Shown: positions 1-9,575 of the stretch, one piece after another
How positions within the stretch are numbered: position 1 is the stretch's first letter
Layout of the letters: every line of letters begins with the position of its first letter
NCBI GenBank assembly: GCA_964484655.1
Contig: CAZAFA010000002.1
Coordinates: forward strand, 24,130 to 88,129
Direction: 5' to 3'
DNA: 64,000 nucleotides
Origin: an uncultured Candidatus Saccharibacteria bacterium
GTDB lineage: Bacteria; Patescibacteriota; Minisyncoccia; UBA6257; 2-01-FULL-56-20
Notes under the pieces: generated by a model
What the model saw: the letters and a program-made list of their open reading frames with translations, nothing else
What the model was told of the DNA's origin: nothing
The model's database searches: none
Made by a program: the position numbers and the translations under genes

Positions 1-643
1 GCCCCGCCGCGTAGGCATGCTCGACGCCGTCGAGGGAGAACGAGATGCGGAACGCGTGGAGCATCAGGCGGGTGACCGCGGGTTCCGTACGCTTGGGCGC
101 GTAGAGCGCGTCGCCGACCACGGGATGCCCGACCGAGGCAAGGTGAACGCGAATCTGATGCGTGCGCCCGGTCTCCGGGAAGACGGCGACGTGCGCGATG
201 CGCGCGAGCTGCTCGACGGTCTCGTACCGGGTCGCGGCAGGCTTGCGCATCTGCTGCGAGAAGACGCTGCGCTTGGTACTCCGCGGCAGGATGCCGATCG
301 GACGGTCGATGCGGCCCGTCGCGGGATGCATCGCTCCGTGCACGATTGCGCGATACTCCTTCCCGACCTGACGCTCCTGGAACAGGAGCTTGAGGCGCTC
401 GTACGCGTCCTGCGTCCGCGCGGCGATCATCACGCCGCTGGTCGCGCGGTCCAGGCGGTGCACGATGCCCGGGCGCACGTCCGGCGCGTCCCCCACCGCC
501 ATCGTCTCCGGATAGCGTGCGCGCAGCCAGTCCGCCAGCGTGGGATCGCTCGTCGGATGCGGGCCTGGATGCACGAGGAGCCCGGCCGGCTTCTCGAGAG
601 CGACCAGGTCGGGCGTTTCGGCGATGAGGACCGGCTTGTCCAT
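1..643 (-). CDS. RluA-family pseudouridine synthase (C-terminus runs off window start)
   Basis: Minus-strand translation MDKPVLIAE...HRLDRATSGVMIAA...ETGRTHQIRVHLASVGHPVVGD matches the RluA/RluC pseudouridine synthase core (HRLDxxTSG motif). ATG is the complement of 641-643. Not in the ORF track because it is open at the window edge. Confidence 0.8.
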   Translation of the reverse strand, partial: MDKPVLIAETPDLVALEKPAGLLVHPGPHPTSDPTLADWLRARYPETMAVGDAPDVRPGIVHRLDRATSGVMIAARTQDAYERLKLLFQERQVGKEYRAIVHGAMHPATGRIDRPIGILPRSTKRSVFSQQMRKPAATRYETVEQLARIAHVAVFPETGRTHQIRVHLASVGHPVVGDALYAPKRTEPAVTRLMLHAFRISFSLDGVEHAYAAG

Positions 644-851
644 GCTCCTTATATAAGGAGCATGGCGGGGCCTGTCTATGCGGTGGGTGCGGAAGGAATC
701 GGACCTTCGACCTCTGTCTTATCAGGACAGCGTTCTACCACTGAACTACGCACCCGGTAGCCGGGCCATTCTATACGCGCCTTTTGGGAGGCGCAACGCG
801 CGTAGACTGGCAAAAAGGGCCATGCTAGGATGCCCGCGCACAACGGAATAC

Positions 852-925
852 GCGCGATTAGCTCAGTTGGTTAGAGCGTCACATTGACATTGTGAAGGCC
901 AGAGGTTCGAATCCTCTATCGCGCA
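852..925 (+). tRNA. tRNA-Val (anticodon GAC)
   Basis: Cloverleaf: acceptor GCGCGAT/ATCGCGC, D stem GCTC/GAGC, anticodon stem TCACA/TGTGA with loop TTGACAT, T arm AGAGG-TTCGAAT-CCTCT. CCA not encoded. Confidence 0.9.
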
Positions 926-975
926 CACAACCATCGGGCACGTTCAACGGCGTACGGCTTTGCTACACTGAACGC

Positions 976-1518
976 GTGCTCCAGACCAATCTCAAAGGTC
1001 CGCTGACGCTCGCCGGCATCGTGATCGGCCTGAGCCTCGTTCTCGGCGTCGGCGGCGCCTTCCTCCTGGACCGCTGGCTCACCGCCGAGGCGCAGGCGGT
1101 CGCGTCAGCGCGGATAGCCTCCTCGCGCGCCGCGACGCTCGGTCCGCGTATCGCGTCGCTGAAGGACCAGGAGCAGGCCGCCGCATCCTACGGACGGGTC
1201 CTCTCGCTGCTACTGCCCACGCAGGAACAGCTTCTCGAGGTGCCGCGCTCCGTCGAGCAGCTCGGCGTCGGCCACAACGTCCAGTCGCGCTTCCAGTTCC
1301 AGGGAAGCCCGCCGCCCGGCGCCGTCGAGCCCGGCGCTTCGCTCCCCTTCACGCTTGCCGCGACCGGCGCGCCGGGCGATCTCGCCGCGTTCCTCGCGGA
1401 CTTCGAACACAAGAATCCGCGCTACACGATCTCGATCGCTTCTGCGGAGATCAACATCAACCCGCTCGAGCAGGGCGGCGGCCAGCTGGCGGTCACCGGC
1501 AGCTTCTACTACCAATGA
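976..1518 (+). CDS. membrane-anchored protein, PilO-like (type IV pilus assembly), start uncertain (GTG)
   Basis: The 892 ORF start overlaps the tRNA, so an internal GTG is chosen. Single N-terminal TM (LTLAGIVIGLSLVLGVGGAFLL), then a coiled region and a C-terminal domain of PilO-like size. A type IV pilin is elsewhere in the window. Similarity is weak. Confidence 0.35.
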   Translation: MLQTNLKGPLTLAGIVIGLSLVLGVGGAFLLDRWLTAEAQAVASARIASSRAATLGPRIASLKDQEQAAASYGRVLSLLLPTQEQLLEVPRSVEQLGVGHNVQSRFQFQGSPPPGAVEPGASLPFTLAATGAPGDLAAFLADFEHKNPRYTISIASAEININPLEQGGGQLAVTGSFYYQ

Positions 1519-1733
1519 ACGACCTCTTCGGACGCCGTGGCGACACGCTTGCACTCGCGGCCGGCACGCTACTCGGGCTTATCATCATCGCCTCGTACGC
1601 GCTCGGGATCGGCAGCATCGCGCAGAATCTCGAGCTCGCGCTCAATCCCGACCGCAGCGCGACGCCGCCTCCGGTCTATAACATCGACGCCGCCAGCAAG
1701 CTCGATCTGAAGGGCCTGACGCCGGCCCGCTAG
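1515..1733 (+). CDS. small membrane protein, hypothetical
   Basis: 72 aa with an ATGA overlap onto the upstream gene. One TM helix (LALAAGTLLGLIIIASYALGI). Confidence 0.3.
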   Translation: MNDLFGRRGDTLALAAGTLLGLIIIASYALGIGSIAQNLELALNPDRSATPPPVYNIDAASKLDLKGLTPAR

Positions 1734-1806
1734 TTGACAACGTCCGGCGCCGCGCCAAGACTTCGTACCCATGAGCGCCGCGCAGGCGCTTTAGGCTAGG
1801 AATACC

Positions 1807-4065
1807 GTGGCTCAGAAGAAGACTCTCGTCATCGTCGAGTCGCCTACCAAGGCGAATCTCATCGGCAAGTTCCTCGGCCGCGACTTCGACGTCGCGGCCT
1901 CCTTGGGACACGTCCGCGACCTCCCGAAGAGTAAGCTCGGCGTCGACGTCGAGAACGGCTTCGAGCCGACGTACGCGGTCTCGCTCCGCGCGAAGCCCGT
2001 CATCGCGGAGCTGAAGAAGCTCGCCAAGCAGGCGGACCGGGTGATCCTGGCGCCGGATCCGGACCGCGAGGGCGAGGCTATCGCCTGGCACCTCGCCGAG
2101 GTGCTGGGACTCGGCAAGAAGGACGCGCCGAAGCCGGAGCGCATGGTCTTCCACGAGATCACCGAGAGCGCGGTGAAGGAGGCGCTCGCGCATCCCCGCG
2201 AGATCGACCCGCACCTAGTCGACGCGCAGCAGGCGCGCCGGGTCCTGGACCGGCTCGTCGGGTACGGCCTCTCCCCCTTCCTGTGGAGGAAGATCCGCTA
2301 CGGCCTCTCCGCCGGCCGCGTGCAGTCCGTCGCGGTGCGGCTCGTCGTCGAGCGCGAGCGCGAGATCAGGGCGTTCGTGCCGCGCGAGTACTGGTCCGTC
2401 GAGGGCGTCTTCGACGGCGCCTCCGCGCCGGTACCCGCGCGGCTGGTCCGCTCCGCGGGAAAGGACGTGGGAAAGTTCACCCTCGAGGACGAGTCCATGG
2501 CGAAGGCCGCCGTGCAGGCGGCGCAGGCGGCGGCCCCGTACCGGGTCGCGTCCGTCACGACCAAGCGCGTCAACCGCAACCCCGCTCCCCCGTTCACGAC
2601 CTCCACGCTCCAGCAGGAGGCGAGCCGCAAGCTCGGGTGGTCCGCGAAGCAGACCATGGCCGTCGCGCAGAAGCTCTATGAGCAGGGCCTGATCACCTAC
2701 ATGCGCACGGACTCCGTGCACCTGGCCATGTCCGCCGTCCTGCAGGCGCGCGACGTCCTCACGGACCTGTACGGCGACGCGTACGCGCTCGAGAAGCCGC
2801 GCTTCTTCGCGACCAAGTCCAAGAACGCGCAGGAGGCGCACGAGGCGATCCGCCCGACCAGCTTCGCGCGCATGCCGGACCACTTCGGCACCTCCGCCGA
2901 CCGCAGCGAGAAGCGCCTGTACGAGCTGATCTGGAAGCGCGGCATCGCCAGCCAGGCATCGGCTGCGGAGATCGACCAGACCGCCGCGGAGATCGAGGGG
3001 AGCGGCGGCAACGCGTTCCGCGCGAACGGCAACGTCGTCGTCTTCCCCGGCTTCATCAGGGTGTACACCGAGGGCAGCGACGAGGCCGAGGAAGACGCGG
3101 GCGCGCTGCCCGCGCTGACCGAGGGCCAGCGGCTGACGCTCGCCTCCGTGACGCCGACGCGCCACGAGACGGAGCCGCCGGCCCGCTACACCGACGCGAC
3201 GCTCATCAAGGCGCTCGAGAGCCACGGGATTGGCCGGCCGTCCACGTACGCGCCGACTCTCACCACGATCCAGGACCGCGGCTACGTCGAGAAGGTGGAG
3301 AAGAAGTACCGCCCGACCGAGGTCGGCGAGCTCACTACCGACCTCCTCGTGGAGCACTTCCCCGAGATCGCTGACGTCGCCTTCACCGCGGGCATCGAGG
3401 AGCAGCTCGACGAGATCGCGGAAGGCGCGCAGGACTGGCGCGCGGTGCTCGGCGAGTTCTACGCGCCGTTCAAGCAGCACCTCGACGCCAAGGAGGAGGA
3501 GGTCGAGAAGGTCGTCATCGTCACGGACACGCCCTGCCCGCACTGCGGCAAGCCGATGATCATGAAGTTCGGCCGCACCGGGAAGTTCCTCGCCTGCCCC
3601 GAGCCGGGCAGCAAGGTCACGCTGCCCACTCCCGAGGAAGCCGCGGAGATCGCCGCGCTCGAGGCGAAGACGCAGGGCGAGCTCTGCCCGCTCTGCGGCA
3701 AGCCGATGAAGATCCGCAAGGGACGCTTCGGGTACTTCCTCGGCTGCGTGGATTACCCGGCCTGCAAGGGCGTCTCCAAGATCTGGAACCGGACCGGCTT
3801 CAAGTGCCCGCACTGCCGCAACGAGAGCCGCGAGCCGCAGGGCGACATCGTGGAGCGCAAGGGACGCGGCCGGGCGAAGCCGTTCTACGGCTGCAACCGC
3901 TTCCCGGACTGCACCTTCCTGATGCCGAACAAGCCCGAATCCGAGCGGGACGTTATGGACGCGTACGGCGCCTGGCTCGAGAAGCCGAAGGACGGCGCCA
4001 AGAAGAAGCCGGCGCGGAAGAAGACGGCGAAGAAAACCGCGAGGAAGAAGGTAGCGAAGGAATAG
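1807..4065 (+). CDS. topA: DNA topoisomerase I
   Basis: GTG start. TOPRIM N-terminus (TLVIVESPTKA, GHVRDLP). C-terminal repeated C4 zinc ribbons (CPHCGKPM, CPLCGKPM, CPHC). Lys-rich basic tail. Confidence 0.95.
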   Translation: MAQKKTLVIVESPTKANLIGKFLGRDFDVAASLGHVRDLPKSKLGVDVENGFEPTYAVSLRAKPVIAELKKLAKQADRVILAPDPDREGEAIAWHLAEVLGLGKKDAPKPERMVFHEITESAVKEALAHPREIDPHLVDAQQARRVLDRLVGYGLSPFLWRKIRYGLSAGRVQSVAVRLVVEREREIRAFVPREYWSVEGVFDGASAPVPARLVRSAGKDVGKFTLEDESMAKAAVQAAQAAAPYRVASVTTKRVNRNPAPPFTTSTLQQEASRKLGWSAKQTMAVAQKLYEQGLITYMRTDSVHLAMSAVLQARDVLTDLYGDAYALEKPRFFATKSKNAQEAHEAIRPTSFARMPDHFGTSADRSEKRLYELIWKRGIASQASAAEIDQTAAEIEGSGGNAFRANGNVVVFPGFIRVYTEGSDEAEEDAGALPALTEGQRLTLASVTPTRHETEPPARYTDATLIKALESHGIGRPSTYAPTLTTIQDRGYVEKVEKKYRPTEVGELTTDLLVEHFPEIADVAFTAGIEEQLDEIAEGAQDWRAVLGEFYAPFKQHLDAKEEEVEKVVIVTDTPCPHCGKPMIMKFGRTGKFLACPEPGSKVTLPTPEEAAEIAALEAKTQGELCPLCGKPMKIRKGRFGYFLGCVDYPACKGVSKIWNRTGFKCPHCRNESREPQGDIVERKGRGRAKPFYGCNRFPDCTFLMPNKPESERDVMDAYGAWLEKPKDGAKKKPARKKTAKKTARKKVAKE

Positions 4066-4070
4066 GAAAC

Positions 4071-4088
4071 GGCCCGCGGAAGCGGGCC
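4071..4088. terminator. bidirectional hairpin between the convergent topA and 4093-5295 genes
   Basis: GGCCCGC-GGAA-GCGGGCC stem-loop, flanked on both sides by modest T/A tracts. Confidence 0.5.
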
Positions 4089-4092
4089 GTTC

Positions 4093-5295
4093 TCATCGCA
4101 GGAATTCCTGCAGCGCCGGATACCACGTCTCCGTGGCGCAGGCGAGGAGCGTCTCCTCGAACGCGGCGTCCGTGAGCACTGCCACGAGCGCCTCCGTCCG
4201 CTCCGTCGGGTCCTTCGTCCCCTGCAGCTCCTCGAGGAAGTTCTCGAAGCTGAAGCAGGCGAAGATGCGATCCCGCTCGCGCCGGACCATGCCGGTGATG
4301 AAGCGGAGCACGGCATCGTCCGTGCGCGCGTCATGCCGCTTCCCCGCGAGCGCCCAGCGGTTGCAGTACAGGTACTGCGTGCGTCCGGCCGCGGAGAGCA
4401 GGCCATCCAGCGTGGTGCCGAGCCTCTGCGCGAGCTTCTCGAGCTCGGCGACGCTCTCGGGCGACATCTTCCAGCGGTACAGCTGGAAGATCGTCGGCGA
4501 GAGGACGCCCATTCCGAGGAGCACGTACTCCCCGATCGTGTTCAGGAACGACGTCTTGAGCAGCTCCGTCCTCCCGCCGCAGTGCCGGAAGCGCTCGACG
4601 AAGCGCGCGAGAAACCGCGAGCTGAACGTCGGCGCGAACGCGCGGACCGCCTCGATGCGGCGGCAGGCGAGCACCAGGACCGGGACGGCGGCGTCAGGCC
4701 TCCGCGCGGCGAACAGGATGCGGAGCATCTGCGCCAGCGCGGCGACCGGCTCCCGCAGCTGGTCAGCCGCGGTCACCGCGCCTTCGATCCAGCGGCGGTC
4801 CTCGAGGAGCCCGCCGTAGTCCTTCTGCTGGAGCTCGAGGAGCCCCGTGAGGCGGTCGAGCTCGGCGCGCTGCGCATCCGGCTCGGCGAGCGCCTTCAGG
4901 AAATCCTGGAAGCGCACCTCGTCGGAGCGGTGCCCGCCCTCCTCGGCGTCGTACGAGAACGTGCCGCGCACGCTCTCCCCTGTCTGCAGGCGGAAGGCGT
5001 ACGAGGCGGCGAGCTGGTAGAGCGCCGCGTCGTCGGGCATGCAGAGCTTCCGGCTCTCGTCGGCGATGGCGGCATGAAGCGCGGCATCGTCGGCGAGCCC
5101 GGAAAGCTGCGCGGGATTGCCGAGGCACGCGAGCGCCTCCGCCACCGCTTCCGCGATGAATGTCTCCGGCGGATCCACTTCCTTGAAGAAGGCGGAGAGC
5201 CGGAGAGCGACGGTCTGGACCTGTTCCAGACGCAGTTCCAATCGTTGCTGTTTCGTCAGCGTCTGCTCGACGCTGCATCTGAGTGACAAGCTCAT
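4093..5295 (-). CDS. hypothetical protein (400 aa)
   Basis: Long ORF divergent from 5427-6293 across an AT-rich promoter region. No motif recognised. Confidence 0.5.
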   Translation of the reverse strand: MSLSLRCSVEQTLTKQQRLELRLEQVQTVALRLSAFFKEVDPPETFIAEAVAEALACLGNPAQLSGLADDAALHAAIADESRKLCMPDDAALYQLAASYAFRLQTGESVRGTFSYDAEEGGHRSDEVRFQDFLKALAEPDAQRAELDRLTGLLELQQKDYGGLLEDRRWIEGAVTAADQLREPVAALAQMLRILFAARRPDAAVPVLVLACRRIEAVRAFAPTFSSRFLARFVERFRHCGGRTELLKTSFLNTIGEYVLLGMGVLSPTIFQLYRWKMSPESVAELEKLAQRLGTTLDGLLSAAGRTQYLYCNRWALAGKRHDARTDDAVLRFITGMVRRERDRIFACFSFENFLEELQGTKDPTERTEALVAVLTDAAFEETLLACATETWYPALQEFLR

Positions 5296-5426
5296 AAGCG
5301 AAATCTCCTTATTACCTAGGTTTCAAATTACCTGGTCTCGATACCACGGATATTGCCAAATAGCAAGATAAATGCTATTATATTCGCAGCAATACCAATA
5401 TCTAAAGGAAAAGGAGAAAGAAATCA

Positions 5427-6293
5427 GTGGTAAAAAATCAATACAGGGAGGCTGCCACCTGGCAGCAGTTCAATCGCGTTCATGAGCTCAAGCTCAAGGC
5501 GTTCATGGTCCTCTTCGGCGCGTACATCGCCGTCATGACCGGGATGCTGGTCGCGCAGCACTACGGGTTCGTCCTGTGGGGCGGAAGGCTCGGCGCGCTG
5601 CTCAACCTGATCTTCGGGCTCGGCGGGCAGCTCGTCATGCTGTTCATCGCCATCGTCGCGTTCGACGCGCCGTACCGGCGCTGGCACGGGGAGCTCGCGA
5701 AGATCTTCGGATCGGTCGGGCGGCAGACGCGGCTGGGAGCCTTCGGCTTCTACCGCTTCATGTTCAACCCGCGTCCGGCGGACACGCTGGCGGCGATCCT
5801 CGACCAGAAGCTGGAGATTCAGGAGCTGGGCGAGGAACATGCGCGACTCGAACGCGAACGCGACGGCTGGAACCGCAAGCTCGAGATCGAGACGCTCAAG
5901 CTCCAGCTCGCCGGGCTGGACGGCAAGTTCCGTGAAGGATCATCCGAACAGCGGCGGCTCGAGCGCGCTCTCCGCAAGTGCGCCGACCCGGTAGCGCTCA
6001 GGCGGCTCCTCGAGGAGCTGACGAAGCTGGAACCGCATCGCGAGCTTCCCTCCGAAGCCCCGAACGGTCCCGACCGCATCGAGGAGCTCATCGCCACCTT
6101 CCGCGAGGAAGAGCGCGATGGCACCGACGAGGAAGCGACCCGGCTCTTCCATGCCGCGCTGCAGGAAGAGAGCCGCAAGGGCAAGCGGATGAAGCTCGTC
6201 GCGGCGATCGGCAAGCTGCGCGCTGCTAACCGGCGACGGAAGGAGCAGGAGGAGAAGGCCGCCTCGCGGCGGCACCGCAGAGCTGCGGAATAG
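5427..6293 (+). CDS. hypothetical membrane protein with charged coiled-coil C-terminal half
   Basis: GTG start preceded by AAAGGAGAAAG. Three predicted N-terminal TM helices, then a K/E/R-rich coiled region. Confidence 0.5.
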   Translation: MVKNQYREAATWQQFNRVHELKLKAFMVLFGAYIAVMTGMLVAQHYGFVLWGGRLGALLNLIFGLGGQLVMLFIAIVAFDAPYRRWHGELAKIFGSVGRQTRLGAFGFYRFMFNPRPADTLAAILDQKLEIQELGEEHARLERERDGWNRKLEIETLKLQLAGLDGKFREGSSEQRRLERALRKCADPVALRRLLEELTKLEPHRELPSEAPNGPDRIEELIATFREEERDGTDEEATRLFHAALQEESRKGKRMKLVAAIGKLRAANRRRKEQEEKAASRRHRRAAE

Positions 6294-6294
6294 G

Positions 6295-6318
6295 ATCAGG
6301 GCACCCTCGGGTGCCCTT
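6295..6318. terminator. rho-independent terminator (bidirectional)
   Basis: GGGCACCC-TCG-GGTGCCC followed by TTTTCGC, lying between convergent genes. Confidence 0.6.
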
Positions 6319-6322
6319 TTCG

Positions 6323-6820
6323 CTACCAGCTCTCGGGATGCGAGACCGTCGCGCCGTCGACGGCCGCGAGGTCGGCCAGCGGTATCGCGACGCGCTCGGA
6401 GAGGCGCGCTCCCCGCGCGTCGCGACCGGCTACCTGCGTCACGCTCCGGGGATAGTCCTTCCGGGCGAGCAGCGCGCGCAGCTCGTGGGCGGGCACCGTG
6501 AGCATGCTCTGGCTCTCAGGAGAACAGACGAACACGAGCTGCACGGACGCGGAGAGGCCGGCGCCCGGCATCCGTTCCGCGCCGTAGAGCTCGGCGACCT
6601 CGAAGCGCGCCTCGCGCGCGCCCGGCGAGACGACCGCGATCATGAACGGGATCTCCAGGAGGCGCCCCTCCTGCCGCACCGTCCAGAGGCCGTCCGCGCC
6701 TCCGCGGCGCTCCAGCGCGACCTTGCGGGCATCCGTCACGGAAACCGTATCCGGATGCTGCGCCAGGAGCGCGAGGACGCGATCCTCCCATGCCGTCGAC
6801 GAGAAGTCGGCCCGCTTCAC
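6323..6820 (-). CDS. hypothetical protein
   Basis: Shares the frame of the 6323..7126 track ORF. A GTG start overlaps the stop of the upstream DUF167 gene (GTGA). Confidence 0.4.
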   Translation of the reverse strand: MKRADFSSTAWEDRVLALLAQHPDTVSVTDARKVALERRGGADGLWTVRQEGRLLEIPFMIAVVSPGAREARFEVAELYGAERMPGAGLSASVQLVFVCSPESQSMLTVPAHELRALLARKDYPRSVTQVAGRDARGARLSERVAIPLADLAAVDGATVSHPESW

Positions 6821-7035
6821 GGGCAGCGGAAGACCTTCATCCTGCTCGTCGACCCGCGCAGGAGGACGACCTCGCTCGGCGCGACGCCCAGGTGCGCGGC
6901 GAGCATCTTGCGCGCGGCCTCGTTCGCCTTCCCCTTCTCCGGGCGTGCCGGCGTGGCGATCAGCACGATGCCGTTCTCCTCGCGGAGCGAGGCGGCCCGC
7001 GCGCCCGGCTTCACGCGCGCCTCGACGATCCTCAC
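6817..7035 (-). CDS. DUF167/YggU-family small protein
   Basis: 72 aa. MRIVEARVKPGARA...GKANEAARKMLAAHLGV...VVLLRGSTSRMKV fits the YggU pattern. Confidence 0.6.
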   Translation of the reverse strand: MRIVEARVKPGARAASLREENGIVLIATPARPEKGKANEAARKMLAAHLGVAPSEVVLLRGSTSRMKVFRCP

Positions 7036-8219
7036 AGCAGTATGTCGGCCTCGCGCGCGAGGCGCTCGAGGATCGCCGAGAGCTCCTCGCGCGAGTAGAA
7101 CGAGATCGTGATCTTGCCGGCGTCACCGTGCGCCTGGATGCGCACCGGCGCTCCGAGGTCCGAGGCGAGACGGTCCTGGAGCATCTGCAGCTCCGGGCTC
7201 AGCGGCTCGGCCTCGCGCGGGACGCGCGGAGCGATCCGCCGTCCCTTGCCCGCGGCGACGCGCTCCCGCAGCTCCCGGGTGGTCAGCTGGCGCTGCAGGA
7301 GGTCGCGGAAGAGGGACTGCTGCAGCGCCGGATCGGTGACGCCGAGGAGGAGGCGCCCGTGGCTCTCGCTGATGCGGCCGTCTTCGATCGCGGCCTGCAC
7401 GTCGCCCGGCAGGTCGAGGAGGCGCAACGTGTTCGCCACCACTTCCCTGCTCTTGCCGAGGCGCGTCGCCACCTCGCGCTGCGTCATGTTGAACTCGTCC
7501 TGGAGGCGGGCGTACGCGCGCGCCATCTCGATGGGATTGAGCTGCTCGCGCTGCAGGTTCTCGATGATCGCGAGCTCCAGGCTCTCGCGGTTCGCCGTGA
7601 CGGCGCGCACGATGGCCGGCACGCGCGGCAGGCCGACCAGCTTGCTCGCGCGCAGGCGCCGCTCGCCCGCGATGAGCTCGTAGTGGACCTGCGTGCCGGT
7701 CGGCGTCTCGGTCTCGATCTTCCGCACGACCAGCGGCTGGAGCACGCCGAACTCGCGGATGCTCGCGGCGAGGTCCGCGAGCGCGGCGTCGTCGAAGGTC
7801 TTGCGCGGCTGGTTGGGGTTCGGATGGATCCGCTCCACCTCGATCTGGAATACCGCCTCGTGCGGCAGGCGCGTGTCAGGCTCGCGGACGGGCGCCGGCG
7901 CCGGCTGTGGATACATCTGCTGGCGCGGCGGCTCCGGCTGCCGGACCGGTTCGGGCGCCGGCCGGTACGGCTGCGCCATGAAGGCGTCTCCCTGGCTCGG
8001 CGGCACGAGGGAGGCGTAGTCCGGAGCGGCAGGCTGCGCGGGAGCGTCGTCGTGGACGTGCAGCATGAGCGGCACGGGCGGGAGCGCTTCCTCGCGCGGC
8101 TGCGCCGGCAGCTCCGGATACGCGAAGCCGCCCGGTCCGTGAAGGCTGCGGTCGTCTCCCTGCGCCTGGGAGCCGTTCCCCTGCGGCGGAATGAGGGCCT
8201 CGAGGCCGCGTCCGAGCAT
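7032..8219 (-). CDS. parB: chromosome partitioning protein ParB with Pro-rich N-terminal extension
   Basis: MLGRGLEALIP start. ParB box motifs (LIAGERRLRA), an HTH (MTQREVATRLGKSREVVANTLRLL) and a C-terminal dimerisation region. Confidence 0.9.
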   Translation of the reverse strand: MLGRGLEALIPPQGNGSQAQGDDRSLHGPGGFAYPELPAQPREEALPPVPLMLHVHDDAPAQPAAPDYASLVPPSQGDAFMAQPYRPAPEPVRQPEPPRQQMYPQPAPAPVREPDTRLPHEAVFQIEVERIHPNPNQPRKTFDDAALADLAASIREFGVLQPLVVRKIETETPTGTQVHYELIAGERRLRASKLVGLPRVPAIVRAVTANRESLELAIIENLQREQLNPIEMARAYARLQDEFNMTQREVATRLGKSREVVANTLRLLDLPGDVQAAIEDGRISESHGRLLLGVTDPALQQSLFRDLLQRQLTTRELRERVAAGKGRRIAPRVPREAEPLSPELQMLQDRLASDLGAPVRIQAHGDAGKITISFYSREELSAILERLAREADILL

Positions 8220-8319
8220 GCTGCCAGTATAACGGCTCGCGCGGTTTGACGCTTCCGCCGCGGCTATGCTTCATTGCGTACGGAACGATTCCGAAACCCA
8301 TAGGGAGGAGGTGAAGCCC

Positions 8320-8640
8320 ATGTACTGGATAGCCCTGTATGTCTTTCTCGCCATCGCGTTCGCGGCGCTCAACGCCGTCGAGAGCAGGAAGGCGAGCTAC
8401 CGCTTCAGCACGCCGGACCGCCTCGAGCGGGCGCGCGGCGTCACGCAGGCGATGACGGTCTTCGCCGGCGTCGTGCTCGTCGCCGGATGGAACGTCTTCG
8501 ACATGCGCGTGCCGGGGATCCCCGGCTGGCTCGCTGCGCTCGCGCTCTGCGCCTACCTGTTCGTCGCGTACTGGATCGGCCGCTTCGGCGCCTGGTCCGG
8601 CATGGACCGGTACCGCGCGGAGCTGCGCGAGCGAGGATAG
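8320..8640 (+). CDS. small membrane protein, hypothetical
   Basis: ATG preceded by GGGAGGAGGTG. Three hydrophobic helices. Sits between parB and parA on the opposite strand. Confidence 0.45.
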   Translation: MYWIALYVFLAIAFAALNAVESRKASYRFSTPDRLERARGVTQAMTVFAGVVLVAGWNVFDMRVPGIPGWLAALALCAYLFVAYWIGRFGAWSGMDRYRAELRERG

Positions 8641-8644
8641 GTTT

Positions 8645-8669
8645 CGAGGGGCTGCGGCCCCTCGTTTTT
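8645..8669. terminator. bidirectional terminator hairpin
   Basis: CGAGGGG-CTGC-GGCCCCTCG followed by TTTTTC. Confidence 0.6.
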
Positions 8670-9439
8670 CATATGCCGCGCTCCTCCCCGATGACCTCGC
8701 GCGCCAGGTCGCGGTACGCGCGCGCGCCGTCCGAATCCGGGCGATGCAGCAGCACGGGCTTGCCGAAGCTCGGCGCCTCCGCGAGCGCGACGCTCCGGGG
8801 GATCTCGGTGCGGAACACGCGGTGCGGGAAGTGCGCGCGCAGGTTCGCGGCGACCTCGCGCGAGAACCGCTCGCCGGCGTCGTGCATGGTCAGGAGCGCG
8901 CCGGCCACGGAAAGGTCGTGGCTGAGGTTCTTCCGGATCATGTCCACCGTCGCAAGCAGCTGCCCGAGCCCCTCGAGGCTGTAGTACTCGGCCTGCACGG
9001 GCACGATGATCTCGTCGGCGGCGACGAGCCCGTTGACGAACAGGAGATCCATCGAGGGCGGCAGGTCGATGACGATGTAGCTGTACTCGTGGCGGAGCGC
9101 GTTGAGCATCCGGCGCAGCGCGCGGTCGCGCTCGTGCATGCCGATGAGCTCGACGCGCAGGCCGGTCAGGTGCGGGGCGGCGGGGACGAAGTGCAGGTTC
9201 ATCAGCGCCGAAGGCCGCACGAGGCTCCGCGGATGCGCGAGGCCGAGCACGCCGTGGTACACGCTCTCCTGGAGAGAATGGGGCGTCGCGCCGAGCGCAG
9301 AGCTCGCGTTCCCCTGCGGATCGAAGTCGACAAGCAGCGTGCGTCGCCCGTGCGCGGCGAGGTACGCGGCGAGGTTCACCGCGGTCGTGGTCTTGCCGAC
9401 CCCGCCCTTCTGGTTGCATACCGCGATCACGCGCGCCAT
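8669..9439 (-). CDS. parA: ParA/Soj partitioning ATPase
   Basis: MARVIAVCNQKGGVGKTTT deviant Walker A. The track ORF extends to 9487, but the standard start is the MARVIAV ATG. Confidence 0.9.
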   Translation of the reverse strand: MARVIAVCNQKGGVGKTTTAVNLAAYLAAHGRRTLLVDFDPQGNASSALGATPHSLQESVYHGVLGLAHPRSLVRPSALMNLHFVPAAPHLTGLRVELIGMHERDRALRRMLNALRHEYSYIVIDLPPSMDLLFVNGLVAADEIIVPVQAEYYSLEGLGQLLATVDMIRKNLSHDLSVAGALLTMHDAGERFSREVAANLRAHFPHRVFRTEIPRSVALAEAPSFGKPVLLHRPDSDGARAYRDLAREVIGEERGI

Positions 9440-9575
9440 ATGGGCGAGTATAGCAGGCGTATCGGGCAGAGAATCGTGGCCTGCCATGCAGATTTGACCT
9501 TCCTAGCCGCCTTCGCGTCTAATGGCAGCAGTCTTTTCAGAAGGCGAGAAATACTTGATCAAGGAGGTTTGCAAG

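Noticed and set aside
17-760. 247-aa plus-strand ORF at window start
   Set aside because: It is antisense to a clear RluA-family pseudouridine synthase (HRLDRATSG) on the minus strand. Its Arg/Ala-rich composition is typical of high-GC antisense frames.
2215-3813. 532-aa minus-strand ORF inside topA
   Set aside because: It is antisense to topoisomerase I. RRG/RAG-rich low-complexity translation with no start context.
3940-4065. AAG/GAA-rich repeat at end of topA
   Set aside because: It is the Lys-rich basic tail of topoisomerase I, in frame, not a separate element.
4093-5295. Possible sigma-54-like N-terminus (QQRLELRLEQVQ) in the 400-aa unknown protein
   Set aside because: Similarity is limited to a short Gln/Leu-rich stretch. 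No RpoN box or core-binding features downstream.
6642-8249. 535-aa plus-strand ORF
   Set aside because: It is antisense to parB and the DUF167 gene. Composition artefact of 70% GC.
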